Shown here: piece by piece, positions 16,360 through 33,440 of the stretch | Layout of the letters: each line of letters opens with the position of its first letter | Numbering within the stretch: the stretch's first letter is position 1 | Notes under the pieces: generated by a model | Databases searched by the model: none | Seen by the model: only the letters and a program-made list of their open reading frames with translations | What the model was told of the DNA's origin: nothing | Sequence record: OP953026.1 | Length of the DNA: 64,000 bases | Strand: one strand, 5' to 3' | Program-made: the position numbers and the translations under genes

Positions 16360-18540
<2,181 letters not shown>

Positions 18541-18560
18541 TTACTCACTTTAAAATTTAG

Positions 18561-21254
<2,694 letters not shown>

Positions 21255-21271
21255 TTTCTAAACAACATAAT

Positions 21272-21292
21272 GCCCTCCCGTAATGGGAGGGC
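21272..21292. terminator. bidirectional hairpin between convergent genes
   Basis: GCCCTCCC-GTAAT-GGGAGGGC flanked by CATA and TATG. Confidence 0.8.
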
Positions 21293-21300
21293 TTATGACG

Positions 21301-22584
<1,284 letters not shown>

Positions 22585-22616
22585 CTATTAGTCTCCATGG
22601 AATGATTGGACAATCC

Positions 22617-22620
22617 TATG
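22617..22620 (+). promoter_or_regulatory. candidate late promoter TATG for the gp131-135 operon
   Basis: TATG in the divergent intergenic gap, 61 nt before the ATG. Confidence 0.4.
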
Positions 22621-22681
22621 TGAATTTCACATCATTACGCTAACAAATTGCGCAATAGCGTTTTATTAAAGGAGGGCAACC

Positions 22682-24997
22682 ATGGCCCACGGTGAAACTG
22701 GGTTATATCCATTCGACCCCAATGGAACAAATCCCCAGAACTTTATTAAAGGTGAGCGCCAAACTCTCCAGGTACCAGATGGTGATGATTATTATTTCAT
22801 TATACCATTTGCTGCACCTTTCTTTGTAGATTCATTACGACTATTTAACCCACTGACCAATCAGACTTATGTAGAAGGTGTTGATTACCTTATTGGGCAT
22901 TGGTTTATTGAAGCTATGGAATCGATAGGTAGACCTATCGCTGGATCTATACGTATCATGAAGCGTTCGATAAACGCTATGATTGGTATGGATTATCGTA
23001 CAATAGGTGGGCAATGGGGATTTAGTAATCAACAGATCCTGGCTGAGCTTGCACGCAAACAGTATAACCCCTTGATTCGGTCATGGGGTGCAATTGGTCC
23101 ATTACCTGCTTCTTTCCCACCTTTAGAACACAATCAACCTATTGATTCATTAGTAGGTAGTAAAGAGATTCTTGAAGGTATCGAAGGTATTATAGAAGCT
23201 ATCCGTGCTGCGGCTGCCGGTACAACTGACCAACATATTCGTGATTATAACAACCCACACAGGGTAACTAAAGCACAAGTTGGCTTAGCACTAGTTCCAA
23301 ACTATGCGATGGCAACTGATCAACAGCATTTAGATGCTAATCGTAATGATCTATTTACGAACCCACGTGGTACATTAGCATTAGTTAATAAGTTTGCCGT
23401 AAATCCGCTTAATGCTCACATAGCGGCTAGGGGTAACGTACACGATCTAACAGCTGCTGATATTAATTTAGGTAATGTTCCTAACTATCCAGCTGCAACA
23501 CCAACCACTGCGGTAGATGTAACTAATGATTCGGTATTATTAACACCTTATACTGCATCTATTCTCTATAGTCGGATTGGCGATGCTTCTAGAATTAATG
23601 AGCTAGAAGAGAAACTTAATCAACATATTAGTAATGAAAATAACCCACACGTTGTAACTGCCGACCAGGTTAATGCATATACTAAAACACAAGTTGATCA
23701 ACTACTGGCAGGACTAGGTGGTGGCGATGCTTCTACCTTTGGTGGATTAACACCTGAGCAATGGAAAGATGAATTCCCATCATTCGGTGATATTGAAAGG
23801 ATGGCAGCCGGCTATAACGCTAACTGGGATGATGCACAATTAAAGATAGATACATTGCCAGTTATTGTAGATGATACCAGTGAATATGACCGAATGGAAT
23901 TAATTCAAGGTGTCATGGCAGGTTTCCATGCTTATGCTGGATTTAATAGTTGGTGGGATTGTACAATTGTCAGAGATGACCATATAGTTCATCCTAAATC
24001 GCCAGCTAACCCTTATGTAGTTATGCCAGAGCGCTTAGGCTATGCTCAGGAATCTTGGGTATCTCACCGATATGGTCAGTATTGGGTAGAAAATGGTGTA
24101 GCCAAGTCAGCATGTATCGATGAAACTAAAGTCGATGAGATGATACCAATTCCAGTAGAATGGACTGCACCTATAGATGGGAATATCCCTTCAAGTATCT
24201 GGGCAAATAAAACATCTCTGTATATGTTAACAGGTAAGTTTATCTTTAGTTCAACAGGTGAATCAGCTATCTTTGAGCACCAAGATCTTTATCGCTGTGT
24301 TAAAGGTGGTACATCTGAACTATTAGTACCTGCTGCTAATAAACCATGGGCTTTATTTACCAATACTGAAGATACCTATCCTGGTGAAATGACAGTTGTT
24401 GTAAACATAGGTCCAGCTAGCAGTGCTGACTATGTATATACAGCTTATGGTATCCCAAGCTTCGTTAGTGCTTTTAATGATTTTGTTAACAACACAATTA
24501 AACCATTGAATCATGTTATTGATTCAATGTCAATTGGTTGCACCCACATCATCATACATTCAATAGACCCATTAGTTGCCTCTGAAGATTACACATCTGA
24601 ATCTAGTAAAGTACATGTCATGGAAATCATCCGCAATGGTAATGATACATCCTTTACGGTTATCTCGCCATTATGGTTCGATGGACGTGGTAACGATGTA
24701 ACTGCTAATGTATATAGTAACCCAATTGGTGGTGTATCAGGATTATATACACATTACACTGTGATGTATGGTGATGGCCAAATCGCTTTCTTCGGAAATA
24801 ACGATAATGGACAATGTGACGTGGATGATCATGCTGGACCGTATATTCAATTGGCAGCAGGGCATAATTTCACTGTGACAGTAAATACTTTGAATCAAGT
24901 CATGTTTTGGGGAGATTCACCTGATAACTCCTTATTATGGAATGGCAGGGGTACACGTGTGAAACATATTGAACCAACTCCACCCACTGGTCCATAA
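22682..24997 (+). CDS. gp131: baseplate/tail fibre protein with C-terminal RCC1-like beta-propeller (phiKZ gp131)
   Basis: 771 aa; N-terminal YPFDPxGxN domain; three HIxxxxNPHxVT repeats; C-terminal FFGNNDNGQC..QLAAGHNFTV..VMFWG. Confidence 0.9.
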   Translation: MAHGETGLYPFDPNGTNPQNFIKGERQTLQVPDGDDYYFIIPFAAPFFVDSLRLFNPLTNQTYVEGVDYLIGHWFIEAMESIGRPIAGSIRIMKRSINAMIGMDYRTIGGQWGFSNQQILAELARKQYNPLIRSWGAIGPLPASFPPLEHNQPIDSLVGSKEILEGIEGIIEAIRAAAAGTTDQHIRDYNNPHRVTKAQVGLALVPNYAMATDQQHLDANRNDLFTNPRGTLALVNKFAVNPLNAHIAARGNVHDLTAADINLGNVPNYPAATPTTAVDVTNDSVLLTPYTASILYSRIGDASRINELEEKLNQHISNENNPHVVTADQVNAYTKTQVDQLLAGLGGGDASTFGGLTPEQWKDEFPSFGDIERMAAGYNANWDDAQLKIDTLPVIVDDTSEYDRMELIQGVMAGFHAYAGFNSWWDCTIVRDDHIVHPKSPANPYVVMPERLGYAQESWVSHRYGQYWVENGVAKSACIDETKVDEMIPIPVEWTAPIDGNIPSSIWANKTSLYMLTGKFIFSSTGESAIFEHQDLYRCVKGGTSELLVPAANKPWALFTNTEDTYPGEMTVVVNIGPASSADYVYTAYGIPSFVSAFNDFVNNTIKPLNHVIDSMSIGCTHIIIHSIDPLVASEDYTSESSKVHVMEIIRNGNDTSFTVISPLWFDGRGNDVTANVYSNPIGGVSGLYTHYTVMYGDGQIAFFGNNDNGQCDVDDHAGPYIQLAAGHNFTVTVNTLNQVMFWGDSPDNSLLWNGRGTRVKHIEPTPPTGP

Positions 24998-25009
24998 GAG
25001 GATTTAAAA

Positions 25010-25342
25010 ATGGCAGAAGTTACACGTCAAGAGATGGATGCTCAAATAAATGCTTCTATTAGTAATCAAGGCTTATTTACTAAGGCGGTCCTTAATAAAT
25101 TCATAGCCGTTATCAATAGGATCAATGGGCATATTGCAGCTAGAGGTAACCCGCATAATCTGCAACCATCTGATATTGGTCTTGGTAATGTGGCTAACTA
25201 TCGTCCAGCTACTAAGAAGCGTGCACAAGAAGGTTTCAATAACACTACGTACATGACTCCTAAACGGACAGATGATTATAATCGAGTGCACATATACGGT
25301 CCACTTGCGAAATTATTTAATGACGCAGCAGACCGTCTATAA
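25010..25342 (+). CDS. short fibre-family protein (gp132-like)
   Basis: One HIAARGNPHNL..IGLGNVANY repeat. Confidence 0.85.
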   Translation: MAEVTRQEMDAQINASISNQGLFTKAVLNKFIAVINRINGHIAARGNPHNLQPSDIGLGNVANYRPATKKRAQEGFNNTTYMTPKRTDDYNRVHIYGPLAKLFNDAADRL

Positions 25343-25360
25343 ACATCTGACCCGGCATAA

Positions 25361-25385
25361 GAGACACAGCTTTTGGCTGTGTCTC
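25361..25385 (+). terminator. intrinsic terminator
   Basis: GAGACACAGC-TTTTG-GCTGTGTCTC followed by TTTTT. Confidence 0.8.
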
Positions 25386-25416
25386 TTTTTGCTGTTTCAG
25401 TTAAAAGGTATTTCTT

Positions 25417-26805
25417 ATGTATAATCCTATTTTACAATTACCATTTGATCCATTAGGTACAAATCCAGATTGTTTCATTGGTAGTGAACCACATACTCTA
25501 GTTCAGTATCAAGGGTTCGACTATAGAATCATCAAATTATATCATGGTGGATTCTATACAAAAGGGTTAGAAGTTTATGATGGTAAATATAATCGTTTAG
25601 TTAAAGATATCGATTACATTGTTACTTATTATCATAAAGATGCTAGTGCATATGTTGGTCAAGAAATATGCTCAGCAATTGTTTTCTTAAAAACACCTAG
25701 TACACCAATAGTGTATACTTCAGCTCACATGGTTGGTGGTGACCTAGCTTTTAGTTTCACAGTTATTGATGATTATATTAACTGGTGGAAAACAAATGGT
25801 AAACCAAAGCCAAAAGACCTTGACTACACTGGTAATGAACCATACTGGAAAGATGGTGAGTTAGTTGGTGAACGATGGCATCTTGATACATATCAGCCTT
25901 ACAATAATGAGATGGAGTGGATAACACAAGCACTCATGGCTGGCGATACAAATGGTGAAGATGAATATCGTAGTAAAGTTAAAGAGATCTATGATGAATT
26001 CTTAAAGAAATTTAATGATAGGCTAGAAAAACATATTCAAGATAAAGCCAATCCGCACAAGATCACTCCAACTAATGTAGAACTAGGTTTAGTTAATAAC
26101 TTCCCATTGGCTACTCCAGCCATTGCTCAGCTAGGTCAATCTAATGCGCATTATCTGACACCACAATTAGCATATGGTGTATTAGATGAAATAGCTATAA
26201 AACCACTCAATGCTCACATAGCTCGTCGAGATAATCCACATAAAGTCAAAAATACACATGTACAGTCATATTTGAAAAGTGATTTCGATACACGGGTCAC
26301 TGGTAAGTATTTAAAGACTGATACGGTGGCTAATACCAATATGGTTTATTATAAACCTAAAGGGCAACCTACTGCTACTTTAATGGGTTATAGCGATCTT
26401 ATTTGGTGGATGCGCAAGAACTTTGATACCGATGTGAACTTTACAGCTGGTGATGGCCAGAGTAATGTCATCAATATAAATCGGATTGGTTCTGGTACAA
26501 TGGGGCAATGGAAAGCACCGCTCCGTGGGAATGGTATATTTACACATTTTGATCAATTAGCCACAGAGTATTCATTTCCGGTTAAGTTAAAGTTTTATGC
26601 ACTAGGATTACAACCATCCGTGCAGGCAGCATTAGATTTCTGTAGAACTAACTTTACTAATCTAGATACATGGCCTATTGGATCTACTGTATTCTTTACT
26701 ATTAAAGAACAGAAAATCCAGGCAGCTGGTAACGGATTGATTTTCGTTGATTATACTCCTAACTACGTGTGTTTCCGTTCACAAGGTGGCTGGGTAATTC
26801 CATAA
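25417..26805 (+). CDS. fibre/baseplate paralogue (gp133-like)
   Basis: LPFDPLGTN N-terminal domain; two NPH repeats. Confidence 0.88.
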   Translation: MYNPILQLPFDPLGTNPDCFIGSEPHTLVQYQGFDYRIIKLYHGGFYTKGLEVYDGKYNRLVKDIDYIVTYYHKDASAYVGQEICSAIVFLKTPSTPIVYTSAHMVGGDLAFSFTVIDDYINWWKTNGKPKPKDLDYTGNEPYWKDGELVGERWHLDTYQPYNNEMEWITQALMAGDTNGEDEYRSKVKEIYDEFLKKFNDRLEKHIQDKANPHKITPTNVELGLVNNFPLATPAIAQLGQSNAHYLTPQLAYGVLDEIAIKPLNAHIARRDNPHKVKNTHVQSYLKSDFDTRVTGKYLKTDTVANTNMVYYKPKGQPTATLMGYSDLIWWMRKNFDTDVNFTAGDGQSNVININRIGSGTMGQWKAPLRGNGIFTHFDQLATEYSFPVKLKFYALGLQPSVQAALDFCRTNFTNLDTWPIGSTVFFTIKEQKIQAAGNGLIFVDYTPNYVCFRSQGGWVIP

Positions 26806-26816
26806 GGATAGTTTAG

Positions 26817-28190
26817 ATGAATCCATTACTTTTACCTCTTCCATTTGATGAAACTGGAGAGAGTTATAGTAACCGAACAAAGGGTGAATACCATTCACTA
26901 GCAAAACAGAAAGGATTCCCCTATCGCATCATCGTGATGGATAAGGGTTACTTTTATACTAAAGGAATGGTTATCAGAGATGGTAGGCAAAATGAGTTAA
27001 ATCCAGAGATGGATTATCAGTGCACTGGTATTAATCCGGAGGTAATCGAGAAGACTGGACTTGAAGCTTGTTCAGTAATTGTCATTACAAAACAAGATGT
27101 CCACGAGGATATTTACATTGATGCTCAGATGTGCGGTGGTATATACTGTAACCTTGCGCCTTCCATTTCTGAACATGCTAATGCTCTTTTAAATAATACC
27201 CGTAAACCACATTGGTCTAATATCTTAGATATTCCTGACCAATTCAAACCTAATGGACATATGCATGCCTATTGGGAACTTTATGGTTTTACACCTAGAG
27301 TTGTTAAGTTAAAAGAAATAACTGACTTATTAAAGAAAAGCTCATCTGACTCATATGGCTCCATTTTAGATGAGTTTAAATATCAATTAAGTCTAATAGA
27401 AGCTGATCTGAATACAATTGAAGCACGGCTTACTACACACATCAATGATACCACCACCAACCCACACCAAACACGTAAAGGGCAGGTGGCATTAGGTAAT
27501 GTTTATAACGCTGGTATTGCAACTGAAACACAAGCCAAACAACCAAATGGCGCTATCATGAATGTCTATGCTACGCCATGGTCAATGAAGTTATCTGTTG
27601 ATACCAATTATACAGTACAGTATTTAGCCCACGTTAACGATATTACCACTAACCCACACAGGGTAACAGCTGAACAACTAAATACATATACTGTTACCCA
27701 AGCTAATATTTTACTAAATCAAAAATTAGATAAAGGTAAAACAGCTAATACATCTAAACTATTATTTGGTCAAGATGTTTATAGCATGGGTGAAACGGTA
27801 CGTGCTAAAATGCCTTTAAGTGTATTGACGACTGGTCGGCTAGCACCTGGCCGGATCGGTAACTCAGCGACTTGGCCAGGTCGTGATTGGACATTAATGC
27901 CTAATGGCCAATGGACACACTTTGGATTTATATTCAATCGCTTCCAGAAAACAGGGACGATGGTTCACTGGAACAATACTAACTTCAAGTCTATCCAAGA
28001 AGCAATTGCTTTCCATAACACATACTTCTCAGATCCTGACCAATGGTGGCCTGGTTCACTAGCTATCTGCCATTACGAGCAAGAGTTCGTTATTGGGCAT
28101 GGTAATGGTACAACAGCTACTTCCTATAGGAATACTTTATTCTTACGTAAAGTGGGATCAACGTGGACCAATATAGGGGAACCGGCATAA
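26817..28190 (+). CDS. fibre/baseplate paralogue (gp134-like)
   Basis: LPFDETG N-terminal domain; two NPH repeats. Confidence 0.88.
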   Translation: MNPLLLPLPFDETGESYSNRTKGEYHSLAKQKGFPYRIIVMDKGYFYTKGMVIRDGRQNELNPEMDYQCTGINPEVIEKTGLEACSVIVITKQDVHEDIYIDAQMCGGIYCNLAPSISEHANALLNNTRKPHWSNILDIPDQFKPNGHMHAYWELYGFTPRVVKLKEITDLLKKSSSDSYGSILDEFKYQLSLIEADLNTIEARLTTHINDTTTNPHQTRKGQVALGNVYNAGIATETQAKQPNGAIMNVYATPWSMKLSVDTNYTVQYLAHVNDITTNPHRVTAEQLNTYTVTQANILLNQKLDKGKTANTSKLLFGQDVYSMGETVRAKMPLSVLTTGRLAPGRIGNSATWPGRDWTLMPNGQWTHFGFIFNRFQKTGTMVHWNNTNFKSIQEAIAFHNTYFSDPDQWWPGSLAICHYEQEFVIGHGNGTTATSYRNTLFLRKVGSTWTNIGEPA

Positions 28191-29581
28191 TGATTACTTT
28201 TTTACCATTAGATCTAAAAGCTAAATTGGCTTCTAATTACATTGTAGATGAGGAACACACACTCATTCAAGTTGCTAATAAAACACACCGTGTACTGATG
28301 TGTACACATGGTGGTTTCTATACAAAGGACTTTAATCTACGTGATAAGAAGACTGGTTTATCTTTAAACAAAGATCAATATAAAACAACCTACCTTTATT
28401 CACAGTTATCTGAAATGACTGGTTTAGAAGTAATGGGTATTGTTGTAGTAACTGATCCTAAAGTTAGTCCTAATGTCCAAGTTACATATAGAGCAGTTGG
28501 TGGTTTCTTTAGTATTTCAGCATTAGAACTTAAAGCTGTTTTTGATAAACTTGAATTAGATGAATTAAGTTTCACCTGGGATGATATTATTGGTAAACCC
28601 GATGCATATCCACCTGCACCTCATGGCCATGAATATTGGCAGATTTATGGCACAGATACAATGGTAACCGAATTAAACCGAATAGCACATGCTTATCGGG
28701 TCGGTAGAAGTGCTATGGATAATGCTGCTGATGATTATTATAAAGTTTATCTTGCTGATGCAAAAACTGCTGTAGATGATTATAGAGATCGGGTTACAGC
28801 ACACTTAACTGATTATAATAATCCACATGCCGATGATCGGTTCAAGTTAATTCCACCGCTTGATAAGATATCTAACTGGGGTTTTGCTACTGAAGCTGAG
28901 TCAGTTAATAGAAATATAAATAATAAATACATGCCAATTGGTGGTATTTATCGTATTCTTAATATTGATACATTGGCTAAACTTGCATCACATATTAAAA
29001 ACTTTAATAACCCACATGTTGTCACAGCTGACCAAGTTGGATCATATACCAAACCAGTAATGGATTCTAAAATATCTCCATTGTTAGGTATCAATGAACA
29101 AGCAGCTAATGCAACTACTATTGGTGCTACTACCAATAGTCAGGGTTATCCAGTTGCTGGAACAGGTAAGGTATATCAGAATTTCTGGAATGATGTTCGA
29201 AAAGATATTCCAGCTGAAGAGGTAACTAGCGGTGTATTTAAATGGGGTGCATTAGGTAAAGGTAATGCATCAATATTAAATGATCCTGAAAGATATTATC
29301 TCGCAAGCGATGGTACTTGGCAAGACTGGGTTGAAGCTTTTAAAGAGTGGAACAAAGATAAGATTAAAGCTATTACCTTAGGCCAGGTAAATAGTGAAGC
29401 AGAAGCATTAAACACGTTAAATACGATGTTTACCGATAATACCAAATATCCTGAAGGCACTTACGCTGTTGTAGGTGTTAGAACCAATACCCCCTTTGAA
29501 GCCTATTATTACCAGCAATATGTAGCAATTAGAAATAATGGTACATGGCGTTGGATGATTCGAGCTGGAGCACTTGTATAA
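28190..29581 (+). CDS. fibre/baseplate paralogue (gp135-like)
   Basis: TAATG coupling gives the start at 28190; two NPH repeats. Confidence 0.88.
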   Translation: MITFLPLDLKAKLASNYIVDEEHTLIQVANKTHRVLMCTHGGFYTKDFNLRDKKTGLSLNKDQYKTTYLYSQLSEMTGLEVMGIVVVTDPKVSPNVQVTYRAVGGFFSISALELKAVFDKLELDELSFTWDDIIGKPDAYPPAPHGHEYWQIYGTDTMVTELNRIAHAYRVGRSAMDNAADDYYKVYLADAKTAVDDYRDRVTAHLTDYNNPHADDRFKLIPPLDKISNWGFATEAESVNRNINNKYMPIGGIYRILNIDTLAKLASHIKNFNNPHVVTADQVGSYTKPVMDSKISPLLGINEQAANATTIGATTNSQGYPVAGTGKVYQNFWNDVRKDIPAEEVTSGVFKWGALGKGNASILNDPERYYLASDGTWQDWVEAFKEWNKDKIKAITLGQVNSEAEALNTLNTMFTDNTKYPEGTYAVVGVRTNTPFEAYYYQQYVAIRNNGTWRWMIRAGALV

Positions 29582-30183
29582 TGAACAATCCGTTATCACT
29601 CCAAGAACTATCTTTAGCTACTGCACCTACTGAAGATAAAGTAAAAGTACTATTAATGTTTAACCGTACATCTGAGGTATTCCTACAAAGCGTGGGTTAT
29701 CTACCTTTAGATGCATTTGATGCTAAGTCACGTGAGCACACTATTTTTGTTGAAGCAGAAATGGGTACTTATGATGTGGTCGTAAGTAATACACCTGGTA
29801 AACAACCTACACTTTCTGATTGGAAGATTGTTCCTAAAGAAGAAGCACCACAAGTGATTACTGAAGATCACTTAAATAGTAAAGTAGCTTACAAAATTAC
29901 TGAACGCTATCCAGTGACTGAGCAAATCAATATCCTTGCACGTGCAATTAAAAAGCTAGCTGAAAAATATGGTCAAGAGTTAGATGAACTAGAAGAAATG
30001 CTTGATTATATTGATCTTGTTAAACGAACTAATCGTGCGCATAAGGAGGCCCTAATTGAGAGCCCAGACGTTATCTATAAATCCAGGGAAGATCTCGACG
30101 CTGAGAAAGCACATCGATATGCAGGTGGCCTGCATGAGCTTATCGGCCCACGAAAGATCGACCAAGGACGTGTTTTCAGCTGA
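29581..30183 (+). CDS. probable fibre assembly chaperone (gp136-like)
   Basis: TAATG coupling; KITERYPVTEQINIL..YIDLVKR pattern typical of tail-fibre assembly proteins. Confidence 0.6.
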   Translation: MNNPLSLQELSLATAPTEDKVKVLLMFNRTSEVFLQSVGYLPLDAFDAKSREHTIFVEAEMGTYDVVVSNTPGKQPTLSDWKIVPKEEAPQVITEDHLNSKVAYKITERYPVTEQINILARAIKKLAEKYGQELDELEEMLDYIDLVKRTNRAHKEALIESPDVIYKSREDLDAEKAHRYAGGLHELIGPRKIDQGRVFS

Positions 30184-30616
30184 ATTTGCAGCTGACCTTG
30201 TATCTTATCTGGATACACTGGAAGATTCCTGGTGGTTTAATCGGAAAAAAATTAATAGTATCCCAACCAAAGGTATCACTGAATGTGATTATTGGTTTTT
30301 AGGTCATAACCAAATGCCAGTAGAATTACGGGAATTACTATTTCATATTGCACCTAAGGTAGAAGGTGCTTGGTTAGGCGAAGTACTAATCAATCGATAT
30401 GAAATTGGTACAGGTATGCCTGAGCACATCGACCAAGCTGTTTATCGTTACAACATGGTTATTGCATTAAATGACAATGGCGATGGTATAACGATCAATG
30501 GTGAGTTTTATCAGGATGTACCAGGTAGGGCTACTATTTTTCCAATCCGTTCAGAGCCACATGAGGTCCCTCCAGTTAAAAATAAAAGATACGTCCTTAT
30601 ATATCTCTACGAGTAG
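30134..30616 (+). CDS. 2OG-Fe(II) oxygenase (prolyl-hydroxylase-like; gp137-like)
   Basis: INRYEIGTGMPEHID (HxD) ... SEPHEV (distal His) ... KRYVL (Arg); start uncertain, with an AGGTGG SD before the ATG at 30134. Confidence 0.85.
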   Translation: MSLSAHERSTKDVFSAEFAADLVSYLDTLEDSWWFNRKKINSIPTKGITECDYWFLGHNQMPVELRELLFHIAPKVEGAWLGEVLINRYEIGTGMPEHIDQAVYRYNMVIALNDNGDGITINGEFYQDVPGRATIFPIRSEPHEVPPVKNKRYVLIYLYE

Positions 30617-30624
30617 GGTACAAC

Positions 30625-31113
30625 ATGGCAATTAAACTTAAGACTCTATCTAAGACAGAACTAAAAACATTAACAAAGCTTAAAGGTGAAGTTTCATTTA
30701 GAGACTCATATGGCCACCGTATGCGAGTTGGCACTAATGGCCTTAAAGCATGTAGTGTTTATAATACTTCAAAATGGTTTAATTGGACTGCTAAACAGCG
30801 TAAAGAAATTAAACCAATTTTAGGCGAAGAACTATTTAACAAAGCATTACAAGTATGGTTTTTAGATTTCCCCAAAATAGATGGATTTCTAGATGAGATG
30901 AATTATTGGGTAGATAAACCCGAGTCCGGTACTATTCTTGCTTGGAATATTGGACCTGATGCTAAGTTCATTTTAGATGGCGAAGAACTATTAATTGGAA
31001 AAGGTGAAGGATTAGTATTTCATCTATCCCAATTACATGAAGTAAAACGTTCCCATAATGGACAATCATGGATCTGTGTAATGGTACGTGGTGCTCCTGA
31101 AAAATTTGCTTAA
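30625..31113 (+). CDS. degenerate 2OG-Fe(II) oxygenase-like / cupin protein (gp138-like)
   Basis: GEGLVFHLSQLHEVKR keeps the distal His strand, but HxD is absent (FLDEM). Confidence 0.6.
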   Translation: MAIKLKTLSKTELKTLTKLKGEVSFRDSYGHRMRVGTNGLKACSVYNTSKWFNWTAKQRKEIKPILGEELFNKALQVWFLDFPKIDGFLDEMNYWVDKPESGTILAWNIGPDAKFILDGEELLIGKGEGLVFHLSQLHEVKRSHNGQSWICVMVRGAPEKFA

Positions 31114-31122
31114 CAGCATAAA

Positions 31123-31142
31123 TCCCCTCCACATGGAGGGGA
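31123..31142 (+). terminator. hairpin TCCCCTCC-ACAT-GGAGGGGA
   Basis: 8-bp stem after TAACAGCATA. Confidence 0.7.
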
Positions 31143-31178
31143 ACTCTTACAAATTTACTCAATAGTACAGTGTACTAA

Positions 31179-32105
<927 letters not shown>

Positions 32106-32107
32106 AT

Positions 32108-32671
32108 ATGCTTAAGCTTCCAGCGAGTGATGAGCCATTTCGGGTACTAGCATTAGACCCTGGTTCACAAAACCTCGGCATAGCTATTCTGGAAGATAAG
32201 TTGGATGGAAGTAATAAGGTGGTACGTAATGCATTTACTTGCCACCTTAAAGATACAAATCCGGCATATGCTGCCATTTCCGAGGTTCATGGTAGTAGAT
32301 TCACTAGAATGCAGCAAATGAGTGATGTGGTACTAAATATACTGCATACAGAAAAGCCACATGCAGTGATTGTAGAATCTAACTATCTTGGTAAGTTTGC
32401 CCAAAGCTTCGCTGTACTTGTAGAATGTGTAACCTATGTACATAGAGCATTATACGAGTATGATAGATTTATACCTTTATACATGATTGATCCGACCACA
32501 GTTAAGATCAATGCTGGTATGAAAAAAGTAAAGGGTACTACTAAAGACGATGTTAAAGAAGCAATGCGCTCTCGTACTGATATCACATGGAACATCGACA
32601 TAGATAGTCTAGATGATCACTCTATGGATGCTTGTGCGATAGCTTACTACTACCTTACTAGGATTGTTTAA
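32108..32671 (+). CDS. ruvC: RuvC-like Holliday junction resolvase (gp140-like)
   Basis: VLALDPGSQNLGIA, VIVES, PTTVK, DDHSMDACAIA: the four RuvC acidic motifs. Confidence 0.88.
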   Translation: MLKLPASDEPFRVLALDPGSQNLGIAILEDKLDGSNKVVRNAFTCHLKDTNPAYAAISEVHGSRFTRMQQMSDVVLNILHTEKPHAVIVESNYLGKFAQSFAVLVECVTYVHRALYEYDRFIPLYMIDPTTVKINAGMKKVKGTTKDDVKEAMRSRTDITWNIDIDSLDDHSMDACAIAYYYLTRIV

Positions 32672-32686
32672 CAATTCGAGGCAACA

Positions 32687-33193
32687 ATGTTCCTATTAGC
32701 AGGTATACGAAAAATAATTGGTAGTGTGCCATTGCATATATGGTTACTATTAGTTATTCTGATAGGTGCCTTAATTGGTATCATATATTACAAAAATAGT
32801 TATGAGACGGAACTTGTTCGCTCTACAGATTTAATTGGAAAAATTAAATCTTATGAAGCGGCAGAAAAGGTTAGGATTGAATCAGACCGTATCTCCGATA
32901 AAATTCAAGCTGAACTAATTACTAAAAAGAAAGAGATACAAAAAGAGCAGGCGCAATCACGCACTGAGGTGATTGATGAGTACATTAGTTTATCAGGTCG
33001 TGGATATACTCCCCCTGTATGGCCTGAGGTTAAAGCTAAAACAACTAATGGGGAAAGTACCACTACTGAGATTAAACATGAAACTGACACAAAAAAAGAT
33101 AGCATTAATAAGTCTATTAATGTTATTGCTAAACGGATGTACGAGCACTACTGTGCCGCCTCCCGTGAAAATACCAGTTGCAATCCCAAGTAG
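32687..33193 (+). CDS. putative i-spanin (Rz-like)
   Basis: N-terminal TM helix, coiled coil and C-terminal cysteines; overlaps a lipoprotein gene. Confidence 0.75.
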   Translation: MFLLAGIRKIIGSVPLHIWLLLVILIGALIGIIYYKNSYETELVRSTDLIGKIKSYEAAEKVRIESDRISDKIQAELITKKKEIQKEQAQSRTEVIDEYISLSGRGYTPPVWPEVKAKTTNGESTTTEIKHETDTKKDSINKSINVIAKRMYEHYCAASRENTSCNPK

Positions 33194-33440
33194 TTTGCTT
33201 CTCCCTTGTGATGTAGAAGCCCCACCTACAGCTAATGAGATCATCAATGCATTAGATAGATATAAAGCTGTTGGGGTTACTGATGAGAATGAAGCACGTT
33301 TCTTACTTATGACCGAACATTGGCTTTTACAAACTGATGCACTTGGACTATGTAATATCCAAGTAGACAAATTGCGTGAATGGAACGAACGTCAACGTAA
33401 TTTGGAGAATAGTCATGACCCTAGAGGACGTTCTGATTGA
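33078..33440 (+). CDS. putative o-spanin (Rz1-like lipoprotein)
   Basis: MKLTQKKIALISLLMLLLNG-C lipobox; Pro-rich linker; LLLPC...LCNIQVDKLREW; starts in another frame inside the i-spanin gene. Confidence 0.8.
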   Translation: MKLTQKKIALISLLMLLLNGCTSTTVPPPVKIPVAIPSSLLLPCDVEAPPTANEIINALDRYKAVGVTDENEARFLLMTEHWLLQTDALGLCNIQVDKLREWNERQRNLENSHDPRGRSD

